Assembly: GCF_018977255.1 (NCBI RefSeq)
Contig: NW_024704743.1
Location: 6,698,001 to 6,762,000, forward strand
DNA length: 64,000 bases
Direction: 5' to 3'
Source of the DNA: Callorhinchus milii
Taxonomy: Eukaryota
Shown here: positions 48,953 through 60,720 of the stretch, piece by piece
How the letters are laid out: each line of letters begins with the position of its first letter
How positions within the stretch are numbered: position 1 is the stretch's first letter
Notes under the pieces: model-generated
The model's input: only the letters and a program-made list of their open reading frames with translations
Database searches by the model: none
What the model was told of the DNA's origin: nothing
Program-made: the position numbers and the translations under genes

Positions 48953-51743
48953 CTGTGGATGACAAAACAAACAAACAAAAAAGGTTAGAATTGCCTTTAT
49001 TATTAAGAAATATTTGCTCAGCTTAGTGAAGATCATCACTGATACTTTTAGCATTTATCCCCCTTTGAAAAAAGATATAAACTGAAAAAGAAATCCTCAG
49101 TTTTCTGAACACACATCAAGTTGGTTGCAATGAGATTTTAGTACCATCAAATCGAGTTAGGAGTTATTACCCATTACATACAATCTGTAACTATTTCACA
49201 GGAAAGCTTGGCAAGTGTGCACGTCTAAACAAAGGTAAAACACTTGTAAATGTCAAGAGAGCGCTGAATCAAAACAAAATCACAATTGTCATGTGACCTT
49301 ATGTTACTCCTAATACTAATATTAAAAACTAGCCAGGTTATGCGGTCTAAGAATGTCATCATCACTGGATGCTATTCAGAAATATGGCAAACTGATATTT
49401 TATTCTTCAACATAATGCTTTCCAAAGCCAGAATATGAGGCAGTGGAAAGGTATTTTACTCAGTAGGCTGAAAAGCTTTTCCTTCATCCCTCCAAAATGT
49501 CAGAATGCTATTAAAATCTGACAATTACACTTAAAAATAAATTATATTGCACTTGAAGAGGAAACCAAAGCATGCTGGGAGTGGACCCAAGGAAAAGTCT
49601 GTGTCCACTACCCAAACGTTACTGTGAAAAATATAGTAACAATTTTTTTTATAAAAAATATTTTTAAAAAAAAGCCTTTCAGAGCTTCCATTATATAACC
49701 TATAATCGATTTAACTTATGAAGTTGAGACAGCATTGCATTTTACTGAATATTTTGCAAACGATCTCAGCAAACATACTATTTGAAACAAAATTAGTTCC
49801 TATAATAACTTACTACACACTAACCAATTCTGGTGTGATGGTATGAATACCGTGTCATGTCATATAATGGATATTACAGAGATCAAGGATGTAACCCAAC
49901 TGAAGATTAAAGTCAAGTTGTACATCACAAGAACACAGCCAAACAGTTTTACTGTGATTGAGATCTCATTTCTTTTTTTGTATCTAACTTAACTACTTAT
50001 TTATTCATTATTTTAACTATTAATGTGGCATTTATAAAATATCCAGAATTGAGGATCCAATAGTTAGGACATCTCATTGAGATGGGAGAAAGTGTATCTG
50101 TCACCTTATTGTTACAATCCGAGCAGTCCAAAGTTTAATTTGTTTTGACGATTCATTCAATTTCAAAAGACTTTTATTTCTCTCTTCATCTGAATCAGGA
50201 GATTCAAGATCCAGGAAGTGAAAATTTTCCTCATGGAGCTCACTCAAAAATGTGTCTAAATACCACACAACTGAATAGAGGTGAAACAAAAGTAAAGCAG
50301 CAGACCTAAAAGAAAGCTTCTTGAGCTAATAGACTTAGCAATGACATGAAAATTATCCAATGAATTTATAAATTTCACAGAGAAAAAGGTTGGCTGAATC
50401 AACAGTCCAAAGACAACTGTGGGCCAAAGAGAAACAGAAGTAAAAGATTACCTGAAAATATCTTGAAATGGCTCCAGGGCTCTTCATTATAGTTTTTACA
50501 GACTGTTCCATTTAATTTCTTTTTTTGTTCTACAAGACTCGAAGTGGCCACCTCTTATCTGTTAATTTTCTTATTCTTTTATTCTGCTGCTTTGATTTAC
50601 AAGTTTAATAATGGGTCTGGACACTGGTACTCAGACACAATTTTGTTTGGACTCTATTTGTTACATTTTCACTTACTGGCTCTGTTGAATCTTTACATCG
50701 TGCACCAATTCCCATTTGTCAGATTTGGCTGAGGACAGCAACAATGTTCTACACCAGGTATAGAGACGCAAGTTAGTTTAAAAATAGTTCCAGAACAGCA
50801 ACTGCACTGCAAATCAGGCAAGATATACTTGTTAACGAATTTTAAACAATAATTATGGAACATGCCTTTTGAAATTGAGCTGTGGCTGAACTCAGAGGTA
50901 TTTAATGCTTCAAATATTGTGCGAATACATCAAGTTTTTTTTATATAAATGATTCAAGACAAAAAAAAGCAATTGGGATTTTCTTTTTTTAACAAAGTTG
51001 AGCCAGTTTCACTCTTACTATGCATTCAAATAGGAACTTGCATTTTGTTGCTATTGGTAGAAATTTTGAGAAAATGTTTTGGTCAAAAACCAAACCAAAA
51101 GTTTGGGCAGAAATATGCTCATCGGGGGGTGGGAGGCAAAGGATTCAAGTGTGGTCTCCCTAAAATGCATTACCTGTGAAGAGCTGCCTAGCATAGCCTA
51201 GCACGTACGAGGTAATGTAATCCAAGGCATTTGTTAACCTATAAACCAAAGCCCCAACTGGTTCGATAACAATAAAAATAAACCTTGCATTTGATAATGC
51301 CGGTTATCAAGTCATCGAAACATCTCAAAGCACTTAACAGGATTTACTGTAAAGTATAGTGACTGTGAATTTGTAAGCAACCCACAACAACATTTATATA
51401 GTGCCCTTCAAACAGGTAGCGTCAAAGAAGCACTCAACAGCTGTCTGGCTTGACACTGAGCCGAAAGTGGGAGGGGGAGGGAGAGAGGTAACCAAAGGCA
51501 TGGTTGCAGAGGAAAGTCTTTAGGTGTGATTTGAAGACGAGCAGAGGGAGGGATTGATTCAAGGAAATCTAGAGATTCGGGACACAATGGCTGAAAGTAC
51601 GGTTATCAACAACAACAATTTGCATTTATATAGCCCATCACCCAGGGCAGCGTGTCAGAGCCCTTGGCCAATCGTGGAGCAGAGGGAATGAGGCACGAGC
51701 AGAGAACTGTATTGCTGAGCAGGGCAGAGTCCAGTCAAACAAG

Positions 51744-52047
51744 TATGAACAAATATTGAGTAGAATTTTGTAAAGTTGTCACCACACGGTGAGGGTTTGA
51801 TTTTGATCCATACAGCAGAGTACTTTATACAGTTCTGGGACTCTACCCTTTGTGAGGGGCGTTATATAAGTGCAACTTGTTATTGCTATTGGCTGAGTGA
51901 TGATGGCGGATAAAGGAGTGGGGTGTGAGCAGGTCAGAGAGGAAGGGGAGGGGATTCCAGCGGTATAAAGTACTGTGCTTTATTGGTGAAAACCAAACTT
52001 CACTACATGGCAACAACTTAAACAATTCTACTCAATATTTGGACATA
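51744..52047. mobile_element. Palindromic (fold-back/MITE-like) element with about 85-bp inverted arms, split at its centre by L2-derived sequence
   Basis: 51744-51830 is an imperfect reverse complement of 51963-52047 (AAATATTGAGTAGAATT / AATTCTACTCAATATTT and GTACTTTATAC / GTATAAAGTAC). Confidence 0.8.
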
Positions 52048-53274
52048 ATTGGTTGACTGGATTCTGCCCTTCTCAAATCTACATAGTATGTCCTTCATGC
52101 TCCACAAATGAAAATACTGCTTCCAGTAGAAGAATGATTGAGAGTAGTATTCATATTACTAGCTCTCAATCACTCATCAACACGTCTGAGAGCTTCTTGC
52201 ATATCTCTATAAACAGCTACTCAACATCACATTGTATTCCGTATGACTTGAAAAGTCCTCTGATTATTGCAGAAATAGGTGTTTGTCTCAGTTGGTAACA
52301 CTCTAGCCTCTGGATCCAAATGTTGATTTCAAGCCCCATAGCAGGATTGAGCTTAAAGGCCAGAAAGCACTGCATTGTCAGAGTGCTGTTTGTCAAGTGC
52401 TCTGCCTGTTCTTGAGGGGGATTTTAAACATCTCCTGAAACTGTCTGAAATGAGAAGGAAGTTTCTCCCAGTGCTTGGGCAACAATCCTCCAGATTAATC
52501 ATTCATTCATCTCTGGGTATTCCTGGTGCAAGTAGATGTCTACAAAATAATCTCAACATTCAGCAGAGATAGCTTGGGAATCATTTTGACACTTGCTAAA
52601 GTGCTATAGAACTGCAAGACCTTCCTTTCGTAAAAGTGTAACGTAAAAGGAACATTAAATCAAGTTTCAGATTTAAGCAAAGCCAGAAAGAATGATCGGC
52701 TGAGTACTTCTCAAATCATACAGAGTACAACGTGATGTTGGAATTTAAAGAAATAATTGGTCCATTTACTGATCTGGTCTCATGGTAAATGAGAATAAAA
52801 TATTCTGTGACTAATGCATCTTAGTGATCTATTGTCTCTCTGGCCAAAGCTGAAGGCATTAGAATGGAACTTTCCATATCAGAAACTTCATGCAAAAACA
52901 AAGCAATTATTGCAAACGTATGCAAAAGCAAATTCAAGACCCAGATTGGAGCTAGAAAACTTTCAGACCCAATTTATAATTCTGGTATTTCACTAAAACT
53001 GTAACAAAATACTACCTTCATCAGAAAAAGACAGCTTTTTTGGAAATTATTAAATAGTCGATAATGCCTCATCTAAACCTACTCTATTAAAAAGACCACT
53101 TTGGGCCCAAACAGTAATGCTCGGTTATGGTTGCTTGAAGTGGCAACCGTTAGCTAACCTCACATGTTACATTTTATACATTAGTCAAAGTTGCAGCTAT
53201 TGAGCAAGTAAAATAACCCTTGACCTTATAGGGCTGTTTCTTATTGTCTAAATGGTAGCAATGCAAGTCATGTT

Positions 53275-53700
53275 TTAATAATAATAATTTTGCATCGGGT
53301 ATAGCGCCTTATCATGTCAGAAGGATGTCTCAAAGCGCTTCACAGAATTTACTTTGAAATTCACTGTGCAAATGCAGCAGTATAATTGCGCAAGGTCTCA
53401 CAAACAGCCATGAAACCAATGACCATTATTTTGGTGGAATTGTTGACCAGAACAATGGGAAAAACTCCCTTCTCTTTTCGAATAGTGCCACGGGATCTTT
53501 AATCTGTATCACCTGTACAGGCAGGTAGGATTTCAGTTTAACATCTCAATCGAAAGACTGCACCTCTGACTGGGCAATACCACCTGCCCCCCCACCGCAT
53601 TTGAGTGTCATTTTAAGACTATGTGAGTTAAAATCTGGACGTGGGATTTGAACCCACAAACTTCTGACTCAGAGGCAAGAGTGAACTGAGCCAAGCTGAA
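53275..53700 (-). mobile_element. Older Deu-domain-type SINE (representative copy)
   Basis: Head CTTGCCTCTGAGTCAGAAG...GGGTTCAAATCCC, body TTAAAGATCCCGTGGCACTATTCGAAAAGAGAAGGGAG and L2 tail. Further decayed copies near 2750-2990, 14990-15300, 18640-18985, 26870-27250, 31335-31740, 33000-33340, 45915-46200, 52285-52630 and 61430-61835. Confidence 0.8.
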
Positions 53701-55326
53701 ACTCACTACCAACTATTTCAATAGTCCTGATCTACAGATAGGACTCTGAGCCTCTCAACACTTCTTGTAACTTCCATGTACTTTCGAAAGAGATGGGAAA
53801 CAGTCCAAATAGTTAGATTCCATGCCTGAAGGTATAGAGTTTTTATTCAGCGCAGGATATTTTCCAAACTTTCTTTGTACACAGTCTGTCTGTGCTACTG
53901 CTGCCAAGGCATCCAAGTGTAGAGTAGGCTGTGCTGGAATTGGCTAAAAAAAACTGATGCAGAGGGGCCTTGACTGGCTGGCTTCCACAAATCCTGTGCC
54001 AGGTTCCTGAGCTCTGGGGATTTAGTAAATGTGGGACAGTTAGTTTGATGACAGTGATTAAAATACGTGCAGGTTGCTTGGCTGACCTCAGAAGAGGTCA
54101 CACTGCCTTGAAGTTGAAACTATCCATTAGTTTCATGGACTAATGAGTCTCTAAAATCTTCAGTTGTGGTTCGAGTTTATATTTGGAAAAGTTTCTACTG
54201 AAATGATTCAATCAATTTAGTGCCTGCAATCCTACCCCCTCCCCCGCCCATCCTCCCCCCCAAAAAAACCTGTTTGTCTACAATGATTTCAACGTCTAGG
54301 AGCTAACACAGCCATGAGCAGACTTTTTTTTAATATAAAAGTCATAACATCACAAGACCAGTTCGGTTAAGGTCATCATTCAGCTCAACTGATATAATAA
54401 TAGTCCATAAGGGTCATTCTCGTCGCGAGAACGACTCAAACCGCTTCACTGCAATTTAGATGAAGCTGATGTGAAATCTAGTGTTTATCCTCAATCCATG
54501 TCTGTTTGTGGGACACTACTGTGCGTAATTGGCTGCCACGTTTTGCCCACAAAATACAAAATCTGAAGATTTAATGAAAAGTGTAGTAACTGTGTATTGT
54601 AGGCAAACAATTGATCTCAGCCTTTACAGAAAAGAAAATTTACTATCTCCTCACTACAGCATCAAGTTGTTTCTCAAATGAGTCGATATACTTCACTCGG
54701 GCATTTATTGAAGGAATGATGGACTGAGGTAAACATCAATGTACACATGGGTGAAAGATCCATTTTTGAAGTGTATGTGTGCGCGTGTGTGTGTGTGTGG
54801 AGGGAAGTCCTTTGATTTGGATTTCTTAATAATGAAATACTGTGAATTTGACCTGACTAAGTTACAGGTTCATTACCTTTTCTGAAAATGAAATACAACA
54901 CAGAATGAGGAGCATGTATGGCAAAATCTTCAAGATATGAACATCTTATATGGGTTATGTTTCATAACTCACTCTTTGATGGCACTAGCAACTGGTATGT
55001 GGAGGATATGAATTGATAAAAATGGCCAAAACCATCAAGCGAGGTCTCCTAAACCAGATAAAAGAAGAGTAATGATAATAGTATTCCTTGCTTTTGATAT
55101 AGTGCCTTTCACATTAGGACATCTCAAAGAGCTTCACAGGATTTAGAGTGAAGTACAATGACTGTATTTTGTAGGCTAAAGAGTAACTACATTCTTAGTC
55201 TTTTACGGACACTAATTCAAATGTGTAAGTTATTGTACTTACAGTAAATTGTCCATTTGACTTCTACACTTGCCGTTGTTATTGTGGTTGATTCAAAACA
55301 AGTCAACAAAAGTGGGTCATACTCAC

Positions 55327-55407
55327 GTGGAATTGTTACACCATAGTGTTGTGAACTACTAATCAGTAGTTTCCTCTTCAGCTCATTCAACCCTACTCCT
55401 GGAGGAC
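55327..55407 (-). CDS. MPP7: MPP7 internal exon (81 bp), start of guanylate-kinase-like domain: [27 protein letters not shown](H)
   Basis: Minus strand reads ttttcttttgtag|GTCCTCCAGGA...ATTCCAC|gtgagt. The translation closely matches the MPP7 segment as I recall it ([28 protein letters not shown]). Upstream exons were not found in 55.4-64 kb and probably lie beyond the window. Confidence 0.95.
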
Positions 55408-55556
55408 CTACAAAAGAAAATACAGATGACAGTTTTTTTAATAGTCTAGCTGCGGTTACCTAAAACGAGCTGCTAATATATCATGGGTCCAAATCATTAG
55501 GGATCATTAATAAATAACCACCTACTGTACCTTTTTCATTCAGACCCAAACTGAAG

Positions 55557-56185
55557 TCTAGAATCTTACAGCACAGAAGAGAGGCCACTCGGCTCAGGGT
55601 GTGATGCCCAGAATTGGACACAATACACCAGCTGAGACCTAACCAGTGATTTGTAAAGGTTCAACTTAATTTCCTTACTTTTATACTCCATACCTTTATT
55701 TATAAAGCCGAGGATCCCATATGCTTTTTTAACAGCTTTAACAACTTGTCGTCCACCTTCACCAGGTGTCTCTGTTCCCCTTTAAAATTGTAGCTGGCAT
55801 GACTATTACTGTCTGGTTTGCAACGAACAGGGTGTCACAATAAATAAATGCCCCAGTCACTAACATTCTACAGTTATATTACTTGTTATACTATTGTCTC
55901 AATGGGCTAATTTACATAGCACATCAAACCATTTTCTACATTTAGAAATCCATTTAAAACAAAATGCATGTTGTCTCGAATGCATTGCCTGAAAGGCTGG
56001 TGGAAGCCGATTCGAAAACAACTTTTAAGAGAGAAATAGATAATTATTTGGGGAGGACAATTTTGCAGGGCTATGGGGAGAGAGCGGGGGAGCGGGATTG
56101 AATTGGGTAGCTCTTTTCAAAGAGCCAGCACAGACGTGATGGGCCAAATGAACTCCTTCTGTGTTGTATAATTCTATGATTCTAT
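55557..56185. mobile_element. Two CR1 3'-end fragments (minus about 55557-55790; plus about 55975-56185 with TTCTATGA tail)
   Basis: CR1 3' UTR motif GATGGGCCAAATG...TCTGTG and (ATTCTATG)n tail. A similar tail is present at 38360-38460. Confidence 0.75.
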
Positions 56186-57216
56186 GAAAACACATGGTTT
56201 GATTTGTGCAGCGTGCTATTTTCTGACAGCAACAGATAGATGAATAAATTCCTTGTTTTGGGTGCAGCAGTTTGTCTATCAGCTGAAATAACAGATTTGA
56301 TCAGACAGACCGAATCATAAACAAATCCCACATAAACATTTTTAGAAAGATTCTCTAAAATGAACACTTTCCTGAAAGCCTTAACAAAATCTCCCAGACA
56401 TCTTTTGCCAGATTGGAGTGATTTCTGACTTCTAAGGTAGATGTGAAATGGCTCAATATTCAATACGTCTGCCTGACAGTTTTACTGTTTTACAGTTTTC
56501 CATCACTCTGACAGGAATTGTGGGATCCACAACAAGGGAAAACAATTCTACTGAGTATCAAAAGCTGCAAATAACTGGACTGACTCCTGATAAAGGATTA
56601 TGTTCTTGCACTGGAGGTGTAAATTACAGTCTAATATGGTAAAACATGACAAGTTAAATGAAAGCCCGAACAGAAAACAGTATTGAGGACAACAGAAACT
56701 ACACAGAACTAACTACTACTTCATTCATGTTCATAAGCATTCGAGACTAGTCCTGGTTGAACAAGTCACAATATTTAAGTCTTCAAAGGTTGGTGGTTGA
56801 TTAGAGTGCCTTGGGACGCCCTCTCAACATAAAAAGGTGCTTTATTTATGTAAATTTGTTATTAATGATGTACAGGCAGCGTTTCCAGATACAAGATGGC
56901 TTGAGGAAAATTAGAATTTTATCAAGAAAAATGCCTGAATTCTACATATCTGATTATCTCAGGGGCTATAAATTATGGAGTTCTACATAATTATCAGTGA
57001 ATCAAATAAACCCCCAAATTCCTTTGTTCAACCAAACAGGTAAGTTATGCGCATCAGCCTGGCTGAATTAGTGGCACTATCACTTGAGTCAGAAGATTGT
57101 GAGTCAAGCCCTATGTCAATACTTTGAACTCGTAGTCGAAGATGTTAATTCAATGCAGGACTGAGGGTGTGCTGAATTGTCAGAGATGCCATCCTTCAGG
57201 TGAGAAGTTAAACCAA

Positions 57217-57501
57217 GAGACCTGAGTTCAATTCCAGGCAGAGGGCGAAACCTTGGGCAAGTTTCCTTACTCCACACAGAGCCTAATAATAATCCCTCCA
57301 AAACAAAACAATAATACATTGGTCATTTTCAATCCATGACTCTTTGTGGGACATTGCTGTGCGCAATTGGCTGTCGCGTTCGCCCACAAATATACAGTCA
57401 ATTCACTTTACAGTGTGTTCTGTGAAGCGCTTTGGGACGTCCTCCCGACGTGAAAAGCGCTATATCAAATGCAAGGATTATTATTATTATTATTATTATT
57501 A
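57217..57501 (+). mobile_element. 5'-truncated young SINE nested in an older Deu-domain SINE (about 57050-57680)
   Basis: The young SINE starts just before the B box and interrupts the older element at GTTAAACC|...|AAGGTCTTGTCTG. Confidence 0.88.
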
Positions 57502-60289
57502 TAAGGTCTTGTCTGTTTTATTAGGAGGGGGTTAAGAGATCCCAAAACTTTATTTGAAAAGAGAAGGAACTTTCTCCCATTGTCCTGGCCAACAACGCCC
57601 CCCATTCTCTCCTTCCCACACATTACAGTGTATCCTGTGAAGCAATACAAGAAATCCACCTAACATGAAAGATGCTATAGTTGCTTTGCAGAGTCCTGTA
57701 GCTCAGTGGTTAAAGCACTTCCCAGCATGGCGAAACGTTGGGCAAGTTTTCTTACTCCACACACCTCTGTTTATCGAGCAGTAAGTAGGAACCCAAGTGT
57801 TAGTCGATTAGTGGATTGGTTTTTTGGGGGTAATAATTCCGTAAAAAAACACTAAATTTTTGAGGGACACCGCTGTGCACAATTGGCTGCTGTGTTTTGC
57901 CCACAAAATATCCAGTCAATTCACTTTACAGTATATTCTGTGAAGCGCTTTGAGACGTCTCAAAGATGTGATAAGGCGCTATATCCAATGCAAGGATCAT
58001 TATTATTCGCAGCCTGTGGATTTCCTATTGAGCTGTCCATTTTGTTGCTTAACATAAGAAAAGTCAGGGATGAGAATGACTGTTTGGCTAATAATAACCC
58101 ATTCATTTCTATTTGTACATCAATTATTCCATCACAGCATCGCATTGTATTTTGAACAATCCCAAAGCTTTTATTTCCATTACCTAGCTTAGCAGAACAT
58201 CCCAACCATTTATAGCTCACTCCGAAATATACTCTGCAATTCAGAAAGCAATTGCTGTGTTAACAATTTGAGATACATGAACAGGCAACAGCAGAAGAAC
58301 TGGGTTGTTAACACCAATACTCCCCGTTGCAATTATTCAGAAGAGAAACATAGACATTTGCACGAGCAATTGCATGAGGAGCATTGGGTGAGAATGTTTT
58401 GGCAAGAAATTCAACCGATCTAAAAACACCACAATATACAATTCGCCTCCACTCATCCAAAAAGTTTGTGTTGATGAATATAACCTGAATTACATGAAAG
58501 TAACAGCATTCTTTTACCACAATTTAAAGCCCATACGATTCCCACTGCTGTCACCTGCCATTACGCATTGCTTTACAGCTGAGAGGCCATTCTGGGCCAC
58601 CAATCTACTCCACAGCCTCTGCTGATACTTTAGCCACAAATATTTTTTGCAGGAAAGGATTGTCTTTGTGGCTCTTCCAGAATGAGAACACAGCTGCTGT
58701 AAAACACTCCATTTAATGCTTGGGCGAGAACAAGAAATACTTGTCCACTGAGAGAGGGGAAATCAAATTGAAATGGCAGTGTGATCCATGAATCAAAGGT
58801 AAGCCTTCAAAATAAAAATCAAGCAATCTAACATCAGATCTGCCATGCTACCCAGTGTCCGAAAGTTTCATGTTGAAAAAAATTTTTATATATAAAAAAA
58901 TAAACTTTCTTATAAAAGGGCTCTTTAGGGTAAAAGTGCCCAAACTTTCACTGGTCCCACGCTGATCCAAGATCGCTCTATGTCAGGTCCAGTGCCAAAC
59001 TTGATAGTGAGCCTATTGTATTTAACACTAACCACATGCCGCTAGGGAAGTGGGGTCAGGCAGCAGGGAATGGGGGAAATCAGGAATGTGCAGCCACAGA
59101 CTCCCCATATTAGGCGGAGAGCCTGGTGAAGAAGCAAGATCTCTGTTCTTCCACTTTTCTGGGCGAGAAACATTTTAAAAAAAAGGTACATACTACTTTA
59201 CTGTCTAATTTCTGTTTCAGTTGTCAGAAAATCAGTTTCATTTCGGCTGGCAACATTGCAACCGAGAATAAATGCACCTTGAAATGAGTTAAATTTGTGT
59301 CAAAAGATTCTTCGCCAGATGTTAAAAAAAACACTAACTTATAGTTTTATTGTGCCAGTTCTCTAACTCATCCCACTTTCATGATCCATTCAAAGCTACT
59401 TTGCGCACTCAATTAATCTTGGGAAAGGTTTCACTAAATGCAGCAACTGTTGACATGGACTTTTTAAAAGAATATTACATAAATAACAATAATTTAACAC
59501 CCTCGTACAAAGAGAACTGGCCAAACCCAACAAAGCTCTTGATCAAAAGCGCATAAGGTTGTATTTCTTAACTTTCTGTTCTAGGTGTAAAGATCACTCA
59601 GGCATGTTACTGCGTGGCTGTACAAGCCTCCATCTCAGCTGGAGGCCAGTGGTGCACAGTTAAACTGCGGCACGCCAGACACAGGACAATTCTGTTTATT
59701 TTAACTTAAATTAACCTGCTCTTCAGGGCTCAACTTTTATAAATTAAAAGTTTCATTCCTCAAAACTATTCAAAAACTGCATAGCAATGACTTCTGCAAA
59801 AGCTAAACTCCAATTCTTGTGATTCATTTGAACAATCCCAATATTATTCTAGTGATTATTTCACAATCTGTCAAATGTGGCAGAAAAATGAGCTTTGGAA
59901 AAGTTATTCAGACAAAAGAAAACGCTTATTTAAATTCATAAGAAAGACACTGCAAATAGGGGTATTGTAAAGCAACAGTGCCCCCAACTTTAGACCTTCA
60001 GTGGTGCAATGGAAACAGCATCCGTAATGTATACCCAGCTCTGTTCTGCTCTTCCCATGCTGCCAACAATGTTGAGGGAAATCAATTGGAAAATGGAGCT
60101 TGCCTTGTGTCTGGAATCCGAGGGCTGTCTCTTTTTGGACTTTCAAGCCTATGCTGAATAGTATTTTGCTCAAATCGAACCTAATGGTCGCCACCAAATT
60201 AGTTTCAATCAAACTATAATCTACTGTCTCTCTCCTTTCTTGGCCAAATCATCCTACTGCAGTGTCATCCTGCAGGACAGACACTTCAG

Positions 60290-60720
60290 CTCCTCATGAG
60301 TGCTCATGGACTTAGTCCTATACCACTGGATCCTTCACACCTTCGTTCTGTCTCCCCCGTAATCCCTCTTCCTCATTTCTTACATGAAATCCAGCATCAA
60401 AATTTCTACCATTATCCCCTTCTCAAAATCCCTACACTTGACTCCTGCAAATTTTCCAGTTATCATTCTTACCCAACCAGTCCATCTACAAGTTGTCACC
60501 TCCCAGCTAAACTCCTTCCCCTCCGACAGCTCATGTACGAGTGCCCCCAATCTGGTTTCCCTCCTGCCCACAGCCTTGAGAGCACCCTGGGCAAAGTAAC
60601 ATCCTTCCTGTTGTTCCATCAGGGCTCCCTGCACTTTTCTCTGCCTTAAAGTTGACCACTCCATCATTTGCCACTTTCCCCTCCCTAGTTTCATGCTGTT
60701 CTTTCAGGTTGGCTGTCAAA
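60290..60720 (+). mobile_element. Old L2 RT fragment
   Basis: Pyrimidine-rich strand with LDP.P..L, IIPFSK..LD...NF..I..L and Q SGF...HS.ES traces typical of L2 ORF2. Confidence 0.65.

Noticed and set aside
50105..50189. 85-bp AG/GT-bounded open segment in an MPP7 intron with the same phases (1 to 2) as the 94-bp exon, suggesting a mutually exclusive exon
   Set aside because: Weak donor (gtgaca) and no similarity to the GK TTR/DGVEY segment it would replace. Likely chance without RNA evidence.
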